This document shows positions 44,631 to 53,919 of a DNA stretch of 64,000 bases, piece after piece. The notes under the pieces are model-generated. The model made no database searches and was not told the origin of the DNA. It worked only from the letters and a program-made list of their open reading frames with translations. Position 1 is the stretch's first letter. The number at the start of each line of letters is the position of its first letter. This stretch comes from Pseudomonadota bacterium (GTDB taxonomy: Bacteria > Pseudomonadota > Alphaproteobacteria > MPNO01 > UBA830). Location: NCBI GenBank assembly GCA_036336685.1, contig JAYZFO010000006.1, forward strand, positions 5,289-69,288, in the 5' to 3' direction. The translations under genes and the position numbers were made by a program.

Positions 44631-45506
44631 TCACTCGCCTTCGTCTTCGCCGTCACGCCGATTTTTGCGTTCATAGTGTTTCAGATACTTTTCCGTGACT
44701 AAGTCAGTTTTTACCACAATACTGACATCGGTAGTGTTGAACTGCCGGTCCACAACCGCACCATCACCAACAAATCCCCCTAAACGCAAATAACCCTTAA
44801 TTAACGGAGCCAGCATGGCTAGAGCTTTTCTTGGATTAACGTCGTCTCGCGCCAGAATTTCCATATCCACAAAACGTTCGGCCAAAGCTTTAGGACGAAG
44901 CGCAGGGGGCGCCAGGTGATAGTGGTAGAGATATGATAACGGAAGAGCTAATTTGGAGGGATCTGTCCCAGACATACTTGCACAACCAAACATTACCTCA
45001 ATGTCATATCGAAAAATATATTGAGCGATGCTTTGCCAAAGTAGCTGCATGGTTGGGCGATTTCGGTACGCTTCCTCCACACAAGACCTACCGAGTTCTA
45101 ATATCTCTCCAGAACCACTTATTAGGGGAGAAATATCATATTCATCCGATGTATAAAAACCATCATGTTGTTCCGCGACGCTGCTACGCAAAAGACGATA
45201 TGTGCCCACGACTCCTCCGGGCAAATCCGGCCTTTGAGAGTCAATGACTAAAAGGTGATCACAGATCTTATCAAAACGATCAAAATCACGTTTCGAAAAT
45301 GAAACTTCCTCCGACGGTATCGCACACATTTCCTCATAGAATACCCTGTACCGAAGAGCCTGTGCCGCATCCACCTCCTCCTCGCAGCAAGCAAGACGCG
45401 CGACCAAATTACCTAATTCGATGGGCAAAAATTCGACACTAGATATCTCAGAACCCTTCATTAATACTCCGAAACACGACATTATTTCTCGTCGGGCACA
45501 TCTCAA
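44631..45506 (-). CDS. olsB: GNAT-like ornithine N-acyltransferase OlsB (hemolysin-like)
   Basis: ~290 aa with LELGRSCV...YR region typical of the OlsB-like acyltransferase fold; gene order olsB-olsA. Confidence 0.6.
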   Translation of the reverse strand: MRCARREIMSCFGVLMKGSEISSVEFLPIELGNLVARLACCEEEVDAAQALRYRVFYEEMCAIPSEEVSFSKRDFDRFDKICDHLLVIDSQRPDLPGGVVGTYRLLRSSVAEQHDGFYTSDEYDISPLISGSGEILELGRSCVEEAYRNRPTMQLLWQSIAQYIFRYDIEVMFGCASMSGTDPSKLALPLSYLYHYHLAPPALRPKALAERFVDMEILARDDVNPRKALAMLAPLIKGYLRLGGFVGDGAVVDRQFNTTDVSIVVKTDLVTEKYLKHYERKNRRDGEDEGE

Positions 45507-45607
45507 TCTGTGAAGACATCACTTCTGCTTCACTTAAAAGCTGGCTCGCATTTATATTACACTATAAATAAAGGAGCAGTGCCAACGAGAAAAAATCTAT
45601 CTAATGC

Positions 45608-46015
45608 TTATTTCCCTCCACGGCGTCGTCCCAGGCCAATTTGTTTGGCAAGAGAACTGCGATGTTTGGCGTAATTTGGTGCAACCATCGGGTAATCCGT
45701 TGGAAGGCCCCATTTTTCTTTGTATTGCTCTGGTGACATCCTATATGCGGTCGCAAGGTGTCGCTTCAACATTTTGAGTTTCCGACCATCCTCCAAGCAG
45801 ATAATAAACTCAGGCGTTATTGACCGGCGAATAGATATAGCTGGTATTGGTTTTTCCGGAGAATTTTCTCCTGACAAGCCATTAAGTGAATCGTAGACTG
45901 TTTTAATTAAGTGAGGCAGTTCTCCGATTTCAACACTGTTATTCTGAACATGCGACGCCACTATATTAGCCGTCCATGCAATAATATTTTTATTGTCCGA
46001 GGAATCTTCTGCCAT
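45608..46015 (-). CDS. mucR: MucR/Ros family transcriptional regulator, variant with degenerate zinc site
   Basis: C-terminal CLEDGRKLKMLKRHLATAYRMSPEQYKEKWGLPTDYPMVAPNYAK aligns with the Ros zinc-finger and DNA-binding helix. Ros C/C/H/H positions are C/D/H/Y here. Confidence 0.8.
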   Translation of the reverse strand: MAEDSSDNKNIIAWTANIVASHVQNNSVEIGELPHLIKTVYDSLNGLSGENSPEKPIPAISIRRSITPEFIICLEDGRKLKMLKRHLATAYRMSPEQYKEKWGLPTDYPMVAPNYAKHRSSLAKQIGLGRRRGGK

Positions 46016-46097
46016 ATACCGTGCCTTTGATCTAATAAAGCTCATTTTTATAAAATTTAGACTGTATATCCGCAATATATTTTTTAATATCGGTCAA

Positions 46098-46376
46098 ATG
46101 AAAAACGCAACTATTAAACCGGATCACTTTATAGATATCACCCAGGACGTCTGCCCAATCACATATGTAAAAGTAAGACTAAAAATTGAGAAAATGGGCG
46201 AGAGTGAAACATTAGAAGTTATGCTCCGTGGGGGGGAACCAGCAAAAAACGTTCCCCAAGCAGTGACGGAATTGGGACATCAAATCTTATCACTGGATAA
46301 GAAATTATTGGACGGAGATGAGAGAAATTGTGATTTGTACCAACTTTTAATAAAAAAAACCAAATTAATTGGATGA
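46098..46376 (+). CDS. TusA-like sulfurtransferase family protein (CPxT variant)
   Basis: DHFIDITQDVCPITYVKV...GETLEV...P aligns by eye with E. coli TusA (DHTLDALGLRCPEPVMM...GETLLI). The listed ORF starts earlier, antisense to mucR; the true start is probably MKNATIKP. Confidence 0.55.
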   Translation: MKNATIKPDHFIDITQDVCPITYVKVRLKIEKMGESETLEVMLRGGEPAKNVPQAVTELGHQILSLDKKLLDGDERNCDLYQLLIKKTKLIG

Positions 46377-46850
46377 TTTTAACGTTTTGTTTATTAGTAT
46401 ACGGGACATTGTAATAGCAGCAGTCCGGGTCCCATCCTTATTCATATAATAACCTGGCCGCCGCCCAACAGATATAAGCTGACGACTGCGATAAAGACCC
46501 ATTGCGACATTGTTATCCTCCGCAACCTCTAAAAATAAAGTGCGAGATCCCAACGCCGCGGCTTTTCGCAACGCACCATCCAAAATAAGCCCGCCAACAC
46601 CCTCACCCCGGAATTTAGGAGCTACCGCCAAAGATAAAATTTCACATTCATCCGCGGCTATGCGTAAAAGCACAAAACCTGCGATAGACCACGTACGGAG
46701 ATCCCGGGCCACGAGACCGTACGTATCTAGGGTTGATAGTAGGCGCTCAATCATACCCCCGCTCCAGCCCTCGTTAAACGATATCAGATGGATACGGGCC
46801 AACTCACCTATATCCCGCTGACAAACTGCGGTTAATTCAAACTCGTTCAT
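46365..46850 (-). CDS. rimI: Ribosomal-protein-alanine N-acetyltransferase
   Basis: GNAT motif RGEGVGGLIL; adjacent to tsaB as in most bacteria. Confidence 0.8.
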   Translation of the reverse strand: MNEFELTAVCQRDIGELARIHLISFNEGWSGGMIERLLSTLDTYGLVARDLRTWSIAGFVLLRIAADECEILSLAVAPKFRGEGVGGLILDGALRKAAALGSRTLFLEVAEDNNVAMGLYRSRQLISVGRRPGYYMNKDGTRTAAITMSRILINKTLKSSN

Positions 46851-46865
46851 CTGACCGCCCCAGCA

Positions 46866-47561
46866 TTATTTTTTTTGGCTACCATGGTCATTGGATAACT
46901 TGGCCTGAGGTTCCCGAAGATAAAGTGGAGACAAAGTCTCCCGAACATCTTTTGTTTTAGAAATAATACTTTCCGCAATCGCTGCAATATCAACAGGCTG
47001 TGGTTTATAACTATCCGGAACATGTTCTACATTGAGATAACGGGCCGACAGACTCGATATTAACCGTGACACGCCATTTCCGCACAACGTTGGACTATAA
47101 AACTCTATAACGTCCCGCAATTCATTTTGGCCCATCACGCGGGGGGAAGTTAAAACTTGCCCTGTAGAATCGTACAGCTGACCAAAATAATCCTTTCGAC
47201 GTGTTTCAATTACGCAAAGCACTGGACAGGCCGCGCTGATGTGTCTGATTGCTCCACGAACAACAGCTGCAAAACAAGATACGCCCACCGCAGGAACACC
47301 AGACGCAAGGGAGAAGCCATGTGCAGCAGCTAGCCCTGTGCGCACTCCAGTATAGGAACCAGGACCCACTGTCACAGCTATTAAATCAACATCAGAAATT
47401 TCCAGACCTGACTCTTTGCCAATATTTTTGATCATTGGAACAAGCTTCTCTGCATGTCCGCGCAAAAACTCTTTAGAGCATTCACAAATTACCTTACCGT
47501 CTAGTAAAAAAGCAGCAGAGCAGAAATCTGAACTAGTGTCGAAAGCAAGGGTTAATGACAT
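46866..47561 (-). CDS. tsaB: tRNA threonylcarbamoyladenosine biosynthesis protein TsaB
   Basis: MSLTLAFDTSSD... ASKH-fold YeaZ N-terminus; 231 aa. Confidence 0.85.
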   Translation of the reverse strand: MSLTLAFDTSSDFCSAAFLLDGKVICECSKEFLRGHAEKLVPMIKNIGKESGLEISDVDLIAVTVGPGSYTGVRTGLAAAHGFSLASGVPAVGVSCFAAVVRGAIRHISAACPVLCVIETRRKDYFGQLYDSTGQVLTSPRVMGQNELRDVIEFYSPTLCGNGVSRLISSLSARYLNVEHVPDSYKPQPVDIAAIAESIISKTKDVRETLSPLYLREPQAKLSNDHGSQKK

Positions 47562-47634
47562 AATGTTTAAATTCCGCAGGGATAGTTTGATAACTTTACG
47601 ATGACACTATGATAGATCTTATGAAAAGGACCAC

Positions 47635-48186
47635 ATGGAATTAGTTGAAATTTCAACGCCAAACTTTGATGTCACAATTGATATAGTTTATGCCTCTAGA
47701 AAGAATTTTACCGGCTCCAAAGTTTATAAGCGACCTGGATGCTACCTGCACCCAACAGCGGCGGAGCTTCTTGTTAAAGCCATTCAATTAGCAGCTCAAC
47801 AAAATTTAAAGTTCAAAATTTACGACGCCTTTAGACCAACGGAAGCACAATCAATTCTATGGCAACACACGCCTGACGCGAACTTCCTGGCGGACCCACA
47901 AACGGGATCGCCTCATTCCCGGGGCATTGCCGTCGATCTGACCCTCATAAATACCAAGGGCGAGGTTCTGGAAATGGGCACTCAATATGACGCCTTCACC
48001 CCACTTTCACATCACGGTACCGTTGGAATAAGCCCCGAAGCCCAGAAAAATCGTTACATACTGTTGGGTATAATGACAGCAGCCGGATGGGACTTTTATA
48101 AAAATGAGTGGTGGCATTACCAACTCTTTGGCCCAAAGGCCTATGGACTGTTAAGCGATGCTTCATTGCGGGAACCCATGATGTAA
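47635..48186 (+). CDS. D-alanyl-D-alanine dipeptidase (M15D, VanX/DdpX-like)
   Basis: SPHSRGIAVDL zinc-binding motif and EWWHY. Confidence 0.75.
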   Translation: MELVEISTPNFDVTIDIVYASRKNFTGSKVYKRPGCYLHPTAAELLVKAIQLAAQQNLKFKIYDAFRPTEAQSILWQHTPDANFLADPQTGSPHSRGIAVDLTLINTKGEVLEMGTQYDAFTPLSHHGTVGISPEAQKNRYILLGIMTAAGWDFYKNEWWHYQLFGPKAYGLLSDASLREPMM

Positions 48187-48370
48187 TGGTGAACTACTAA
48201 ACAAACGACACTTTTGGTGGAAACTGACCACTCACTGAAGAAACGAGCAATAACAATTAAGCTGAATACATTACAAGCAGTATGCTAAAATTTTACTAAT
48301 AATTTACGCACGGTATTATTTTAATTCTGCTAAAAGTTTTTTGTGAATATGAAGGTATACAGGTTTCTGT

Positions 48371-49402
48371 ATGAGACAGATTTACATTTGCTTTAACTAT
48401 CTAGTGATGATGCTGGCTCTACTGAGCATCATCAATTATACAATGGCCTCAAATTCGGCCGTAGTTATACAATATCATAGATTTGGGGAAAGTGCTCACC
48501 CGTCTACCAATATCCGAATCGAACAATTTGAAGCACATTTATCTGAACTTCAAAAGCCCGAATATTCGATTTTACCTCTGCCGGAAATTTTTGCCCGAAT
48601 AAAGGCCGCACAATCGCTCCCAAAAAAAACAGTGGCTATCACGATCGACGATGCATTTCTATCAGTATACCGAGAAGCATTTCCTCGCTTGAAGAAGGCT
48701 GGCCTTCCGTTCACTTTATTTATACCAACACAACCAGTGGATCGTAATATCAATGGATACATGAATTGGAACCAAATTAGAGAGTTAAAACACGCTGGCG
48801 TTACAATCGGCAGCCAAACGCACACACACCTTCATATGGCAGGGTCAAGCGCCAAAAAAAACAAAAATGAACTAATTACGTCCAATCAGCGTTTCAAGGA
48901 TGAGTTAGGGTTTGTCCCAGATATAATTGCTTATCCTTATGGAGAATATAGTCTCGCTGTTGGAAAAACAGCGAGACTAGCGGGGTTTAAAATAGGCTTT
49001 GGCCAGCACTCAGGTGTTATCCATCGCGCCGCTAATATGATGTATTTGCCACGATTTTCAATGAACGAAAACTACGGCAGTTTAAGCCGGTTTCGTTTAG
49101 CGGTAAATGCGCTCCCGCTGCCCATAGTAGACCTGTCTCCCCGTGACCCGCTTTTGTCATCTACCAACAATCCGCCCTCATTAGGATTCACAGTTAAAGG
49201 CCTTGCTGCCACCAGGTTAAAAAAGCTCGCTTGTTACACTCCAACAGAAGGTAAAGTTAAGATAGAAACACTTGGGGCCCGCGTAGAAGTACGTTTTCAA
49301 ACCGCATTTTCAATTGGTAGAACTCGTGTTAATTGCACAATGAGGACACGTTCGGGCCGCTGGCGCTGGTACGGTGTGCAATACTATTTTCCAACCAAAT
49401 AG
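48371..49402 (+). CDS. Polysaccharide deacetylase family protein (NodB homology), secreted
   Basis: Signal/TM segment; VAITIDDAF with downstream His residues. Confidence 0.75.
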   Translation: MRQIYICFNYLVMMLALLSIINYTMASNSAVVIQYHRFGESAHPSTNIRIEQFEAHLSELQKPEYSILPLPEIFARIKAAQSLPKKTVAITIDDAFLSVYREAFPRLKKAGLPFTLFIPTQPVDRNINGYMNWNQIRELKHAGVTIGSQTHTHLHMAGSSAKKNKNELITSNQRFKDELGFVPDIIAYPYGEYSLAVGKTARLAGFKIGFGQHSGVIHRAANMMYLPRFSMNENYGSLSRFRLAVNALPLPIVDLSPRDPLLSSTNNPPSLGFTVKGLAATRLKKLACYTPTEGKVKIETLGARVEVRFQTAFSIGRTRVNCTMRTRSGRWRWYGVQYYFPTK

Positions 49403-49406
49403 TCCC

Positions 49407-50411
49407 TCACGCATCAGGGCCTTTTAGATCTATAAGTTCTGGACGCCATAGTTTTCCAGTATCTAGAAACCCGAGCGCATTCGCCCGCATTATCGACCGA
49501 ATACTATTAACATAGTCGCTGCCTCTTTCAGAGTACCGCGTCAGCGTCCCGGCAAGTAAATAACCATTAATATGTCTCTCTTTTGCTCGTAACTCTGCCC
49601 GCTGCTCTCGAAATATCTTATAAGCAAAATGACTATTTAGGTTATGAACATAAGCTTTCACACCATCAATCAACTCGGCAAAAGCACGAACTTTGAAGCT
49701 TTTTCCTTTAGGCCGTTTATGAGGGACCATACCCTTATTACCTTGCCTATATATCCTTTGCCCAAACAAGGCATTGCCCTCAGTAGCAAACCGCGATGTG
49801 CCCCACCCACTTTCCTCTGCCGCCTGCGCGATAGCAAGAGATGGAGGAATAATGTCGACCCGCGCTAACAATTCGCGAATATTTGTCTTTTTCATTCCAT
49901 AGCGTTCTGAAATAGCAACGAGCCAGGCCTCATCAGCAGGGGACAGCGCCCAACCGCGTTCAGTTCTTCGACTAAGGTCCAGGATCCTATCGCGGTCGCG
50001 AAGAATGAGCTCATTTGCCCTCTGTATAAGAGGCAATGTGAATCTTATAAACGTTGCTTTACGCTGCACAACTTCTGGGAGCTTTCTGCCACCGGTAGAT
50101 GCGCGAACAGAAAGAAAGCGCGATTTGTTATTTTGCAGCCTTGCCTCCTCAAAGCCGGCCCACCTTGATTGCAACGCGAGCAGAAAAGCAAGACTTGCGG
50201 TTCTCGCGCCAACAGTCTGTTGGGCCTCTCGACCAAGCAGATTCTGGAGGGTTGTACCGTCTGGCAACACCATGGAAATACTTCCACCGGTAATCAGGGG
50301 TTTTCCATTAGTTATTGTGCCTCCGGTGATTAACGTGGAAACAAAAACTAACCCCACAACCCCTAAAACCCGATGTATGAATCCACTTATGGTTCCACAA
50401 AACTTGCACAT
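49407..50411 (-). CDS. Bax-type glucosaminidase (GH73) domain protein
   Basis: N-terminal membrane anchor; AIAQAAEESGWGTSRFATEGNALFG glucosaminidase motif. Confidence 0.7.
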   Translation of the reverse strand: MCKFCGTISGFIHRVLGVVGLVFVSTLITGGTITNGKPLITGGSISMVLPDGTTLQNLLGREAQQTVGARTASLAFLLALQSRWAGFEEARLQNNKSRFLSVRASTGGRKLPEVVQRKATFIRFTLPLIQRANELILRDRDRILDLSRRTERGWALSPADEAWLVAISERYGMKKTNIRELLARVDIIPPSLAIAQAAEESGWGTSRFATEGNALFGQRIYRQGNKGMVPHKRPKGKSFKVRAFAELIDGVKAYVHNLNSHFAYKIFREQRAELRAKERHINGYLLAGTLTRYSERGSDYVNSIRSIMRANALGFLDTGKLWRPELIDLKGPDA

Positions 50412-50609
50412 ACAGTTTTCCTTTTCCGCAGCATCCTATGCATGCCGCGCGCCCAGATTTTGTAGAATTCTCAAAGTCTGGTTTTAGTGTCGAGACTTTC
50501 AACCTATAACATTAAATAGTGTTTCATCACTCGATCAACAAGGTCGGTATTTAATCGCCACAAGCGCTTCACCCCAAACAACCTAGCAGGATGAAAATTA
50601 AAAACACCT

Positions 50610-51626
50610 TTATGTCCGCCATTGCAACGTTGCTTTTTGTAGAGGATTGACGAACTGACCGCCAACCTTGGCCGATCTGTCCCACTCGTTTTTGATCTTG
50701 AAATACCACATAGCTTGTTGGTCGGGTTCTCCATTCAGCCTCAGTGTGGGGTGCCACCGCAGCCCCCGGGCCTGTTTCTGAAAAATTGCTTGGTCTTGCG
50801 CAAGAAAGGATTTTACGAATGGCCAAATGACGGGTTTTACAAGTGTTAACCATGGTATCGACCACCACATTAGATGGGTGGTCAAGGTATTATTTTCGTT
50901 TATTGGCGTGCAAGCCGTCATCCCGCAATAATAGTTTTGACCAGCACGGATACGCTCAATTCTAACCCCCGGCAATGCGAAGGTGATATCGACTTCAGGG
51001 GAACGTCCAACAATCCGGTATAACCTTGAATTTTTTGCTGCATCATGAGCCGTCATCTTGAACCCAAGCGGTGTGGGTTCAAAATGCTTTATTTTTGTAT
51101 GTCTTTTAGCAGGCCTACGCCACCACCACGATTCGTGCACATGGGGTGTATGTGCTGGATCCACAAGACCCACTACAGCGTGATCAATATTAACTGGAAA
51201 TTGCAGTGCATGCGCAATTCGCGGAGATGTATCTGCCACATCAGGAATTACAGGATGGGGTGTATCCGCTCCATCGCCTTCACCAAACCAAAACCAAATG
51301 ACGCCTTGGGTTTCTCTTACCTGAAACGCTTTAGTCTCAATCTTATCAAGACTTACAGCATCTTGTTCAGAAAGGGCAGGAATCCCTGTACATTGCCCTT
51401 TGATGTTGAAGGTCCAGCCATGATAACAGCACTCCAAGTCCTCCCCACATATTGTACCCTCTGACAACGGCACCCCCCGATGGGGACACAGATCCCGAAG
51501 CGCAAAAACTTGTCCACTGATAGTTCTACCAAATACTATGGGTTCACCACAAAGTTCACGATGCACAAGTCTACCGACCGGCAGGTCAGAAGACACAAGT
51601 CCGAAATACCAGATATTTGATAGCAC
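50610..51626 (-). CDS. Rieske [2Fe-2S] domain oxygenase-like protein
   Basis: CPHRG...CCYHGW Rieske motif (CxH...CxxH); C-terminal non-heme Fe region with His pairs; 338 aa. Confidence 0.8.
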   Translation of the reverse strand: MLSNIWYFGLVSSDLPVGRLVHRELCGEPIVFGRTISGQVFALRDLCPHRGVPLSEGTICGEDLECCYHGWTFNIKGQCTGIPALSEQDAVSLDKIETKAFQVRETQGVIWFWFGEGDGADTPHPVIPDVADTSPRIAHALQFPVNIDHAVVGLVDPAHTPHVHESWWWRRPAKRHTKIKHFEPTPLGFKMTAHDAAKNSRLYRIVGRSPEVDITFALPGVRIERIRAGQNYYCGMTACTPINENNTLTTHLMWWSIPWLTLVKPVIWPFVKSFLAQDQAIFQKQARGLRWHPTLRLNGEPDQQAMWYFKIKNEWDRSAKVGGQFVNPLQKATLQWRT

Positions 51627-51643
51627 TACAAAATAGCCTAAAA

Positions 51644-52183
51644 TTAAGTGAGCATGTCGAGCTGGTCCTGACTAAGATTGCCAGGCACAATTGTTATAGG
51701 TATTGGAAACTTTCCTGACATTCTCCCGCCAATAGAACTAACGAGAGGGCCGGGTCCTTTTTTATCTGTGCCTGCACCGAGTACAAGTATAGAAATACGA
51801 GGCTCCTCCTCTATCAATGACAAGATTGTCTCAGCAGGTTTTCCCTCGCGGACATAAAGTATAGGTGCCTCGCCGGTCCAACTCTGAACATGGGATGAAT
51901 ACTGTTTAAGAAAGCCTTCTGCTTCTTCGCGGGCCTCTTGCCGCATCTTTTCTTCAACGGACATCCAATGCTGAAATTCGGCAGGCTCCAAAATATAAAG
52001 CAAACCTAGTGAGCCACCAGCCCGCATCGTGCGCCTAGCCGAAAGATAGATAGCATTTCTGCACTCCGTGGTGTTGTCCACAACACACAAAAAAATACGA
52101 TCTGTGCGGCTGCTTCCGCGCGACATTTCGCGATTAACGGTATTGTCATCTTCGAATTCTGAGGCACCGTGTTTTTCACTCAT
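51644..52183 (-). CDS. Universal stress protein (UspA) family
   Basis: USP alpha/beta fold pattern (IFLCVVDNT...ILVLGAGTDKKGPGPLVSSIGG...). Probable start MSEKHG. Confidence 0.65.
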   Translation of the reverse strand: MSEKHGASEFEDDNTVNREMSRGSSRTDRIFLCVVDNTTECRNAIYLSARRTMRAGGSLGLLYILEPAEFQHWMSVEEKMRQEAREEAEGFLKQYSSHVQSWTGEAPILYVREGKPAETILSLIEEEPRISILVLGAGTDKKGPGPLVSSIGGRMSGKFPIPITIVPGNLSQDQLDMLT

Positions 52184-52185
52184 AA

Positions 52186-52923
52186 TTAAGCCTTTCTGAA
52201 AACCACCCCAGCCAACCAACCAGCTATCAAAGCAATTAATATAGCAGTTGCGCCATACCATGGCGCTTGGTCATGAGCAAAATTAAAAATTTTTGCTTCT
52301 AGCCCCGCCTTCTTTACAGTGACCGAGGTAGTGTCCTCTCGAACTAGTTTGCCGTTCTTAAACAAATATACAGTGGCGAGATATTCGCCTATAGGCACAT
52401 TAGCTGGGAATGGAACAGTAGATCTGAATAAAACACCACGAACGAGTTTTATATCGGAAACATCGCGGCTATATAAGTTTAGACGTTTTTTATTTCGAAT
52501 AAGTGCCTTACGAAAGTTAACAATTTCGTTCATCGACTCGGTCGAATTTGAGGAAAGCTTGAGCGTCTTGAGGCCTAACTGAAGGTGGTTTAAAAGTGCA
52601 GGTGAGGCAATATTGTCGACCGCCTTTGAAGCTGCCATCCAATAATAAGCGGGTGCGTCCTTAAATATAATCGATTTTCCGTTAACCCACATTCCGGCCA
52701 CCCGCTGTTTACGACGGACAATTTCGTCTCGCCGCGGCCCCACCACCTTAATAACCACGTCCCCATAGCCCTCGGTAGCACCAAATAAAAGCAGTTGGGC
52801 GCCGGTAAAACCTGTAGTGATAGCAACTTCTTTACTAGAAAGATCAGCTACCAATCGTTGGGCTTTGGATAAAGGTGTGTGCGAAAATATCGCTACCAAC
52901 ATGGTGAGAACAAATAGTTTCAT
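52186..52923 (-). CDS. Conserved alphaproteobacterial membrane/periplasmic protein (TIGR02186-like)
   Basis: Signal peptide MKLFVLTMLVAIF and a C-terminal TM helix. Start codon shares 1 nt with the TauE stop (TGATG). Family assignment is from memory. Confidence 0.4.
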   Translation of the reverse strand: MKLFVLTMLVAIFSHTPLSKAQRLVADLSSKEVAITTGFTGAQLLLFGATEGYGDVVIKVVGPRRDEIVRRKQRVAGMWVNGKSIIFKDAPAYYWMAASKAVDNIASPALLNHLQLGLKTLKLSSNSTESMNEIVNFRKALIRNKKRLNLYSRDVSDIKLVRGVLFRSTVPFPANVPIGEYLATVYLFKNGKLVREDTTSVTVKKAGLEAKIFNFAHDQAPWYGATAILIALIAGWLAGVVFRKA

Positions 52924-53843
52924 CAATGGCTTGGCCCCAAACCGAGTAAATATATATCCGCGGGCGAGGCGAACAGGGACCAAGCCACTCCAGCACAAAC
53001 ACCAAGAACAATAATCCCGAGCGCAACACGAACCTCTTCGCCTCGAAGACGCGCACCCGCGCGAACACCAAACTGAGCGCCTATAACGCTTCCAACAACC
53101 AATAACATGGCCAGCACTATATCCACGGTCTGATTATTAACCGACTGCAGAAATGTGACGTTAGCTGTCACAAAAACAATCTGGAATAACGAAGTACCCA
53201 CTACTACGGAGGTAGGCATACCCAGTAAATAAATCATTGCGGGAACCATAACAAAGCCGCCACCAACGCCCATTATCGCGGCTAAAACGCCCACAAAAAT
53301 ACCAATACTAAGAGGCAACAGAGCACTTATATACAGCTTAGACCGCCTAAACCTCATTTTAAACGGAAGGCCATGCAGCCAGTTATGATAATGCAGCTTG
53401 CGTTTGGGTGCCGTGGGATTACGTGATCGAAACCATGACCGGACGCTTTCGACAACCATTAAGATCCCAATGATCCCTAAAAAAAGTACGTATGAAGCGG
53501 AAATAACAAAATCAATTTGACCAATGCCGCGAAGAAAGGTGAACAGCCAAACACCCAGCGATGAGCCGATCAGCCCTCCGATTAGGAGTATAAAACCCAT
53601 TTTTACATCGACATTACCGCGCCTCCAGTGTGCGAGCGCTCCAGAAACTGAGGCCGCTACCACCTGGTTTGCCTCAGTACCAACCGCTACTGCGGGCGGC
53701 ACCCCGATAAAAATTAGGAGTGGTGTCATAAGAAAACCACCTCCAACTCCAAACATACCCGAGAGGAAACCAACCATACCGCCCAACCCTAAAAGTAACA
53801 GCGCATCAAGGGAGATTTCCGCGATTGGCAGGTAAATCTGCAT
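52923..53843 (-). CDS. TauE/SafE (DUF81) family sulfite/anion exporter
   Basis: Two internal repeats with GxGGG motifs (GMFGVGGGFLMTP and IMGVGGGFVMVP); ~8 TM helices. Confidence 0.8.
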   Translation of the reverse strand: MQIYLPIAEISLDALLLLGLGGMVGFLSGMFGVGGGFLMTPLLIFIGVPPAVAVGTEANQVVAASVSGALAHWRRGNVDVKMGFILLIGGLIGSSLGVWLFTFLRGIGQIDFVISASYVLFLGIIGILMVVESVRSWFRSRNPTAPKRKLHYHNWLHGLPFKMRFRRSKLYISALLPLSIGIFVGVLAAIMGVGGGFVMVPAMIYLLGMPTSVVVGTSLFQIVFVTANVTFLQSVNNQTVDIVLAMLLVVGSVIGAQFGVRAGARLRGEEVRVALGIIVLGVCAGVAWSLFASPADIYLLGLGPSH

Positions 53844-53919
53844 AGAAAAACGTTAACCTTTTTAGTTTGCTAATCGTTGGCGTAACGCTTTGGAGAGCAC
53901 ACCCACGGATTAGTTCTAT

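Noticed and set aside
50412-50609. Inverted repeat aagtct...agactt (50479-50503) downstream of the Rieske gene as a terminator
   Set aside because: The stem is only 6 bp with a 13-nt loop, and no U-tract follows on either strand.
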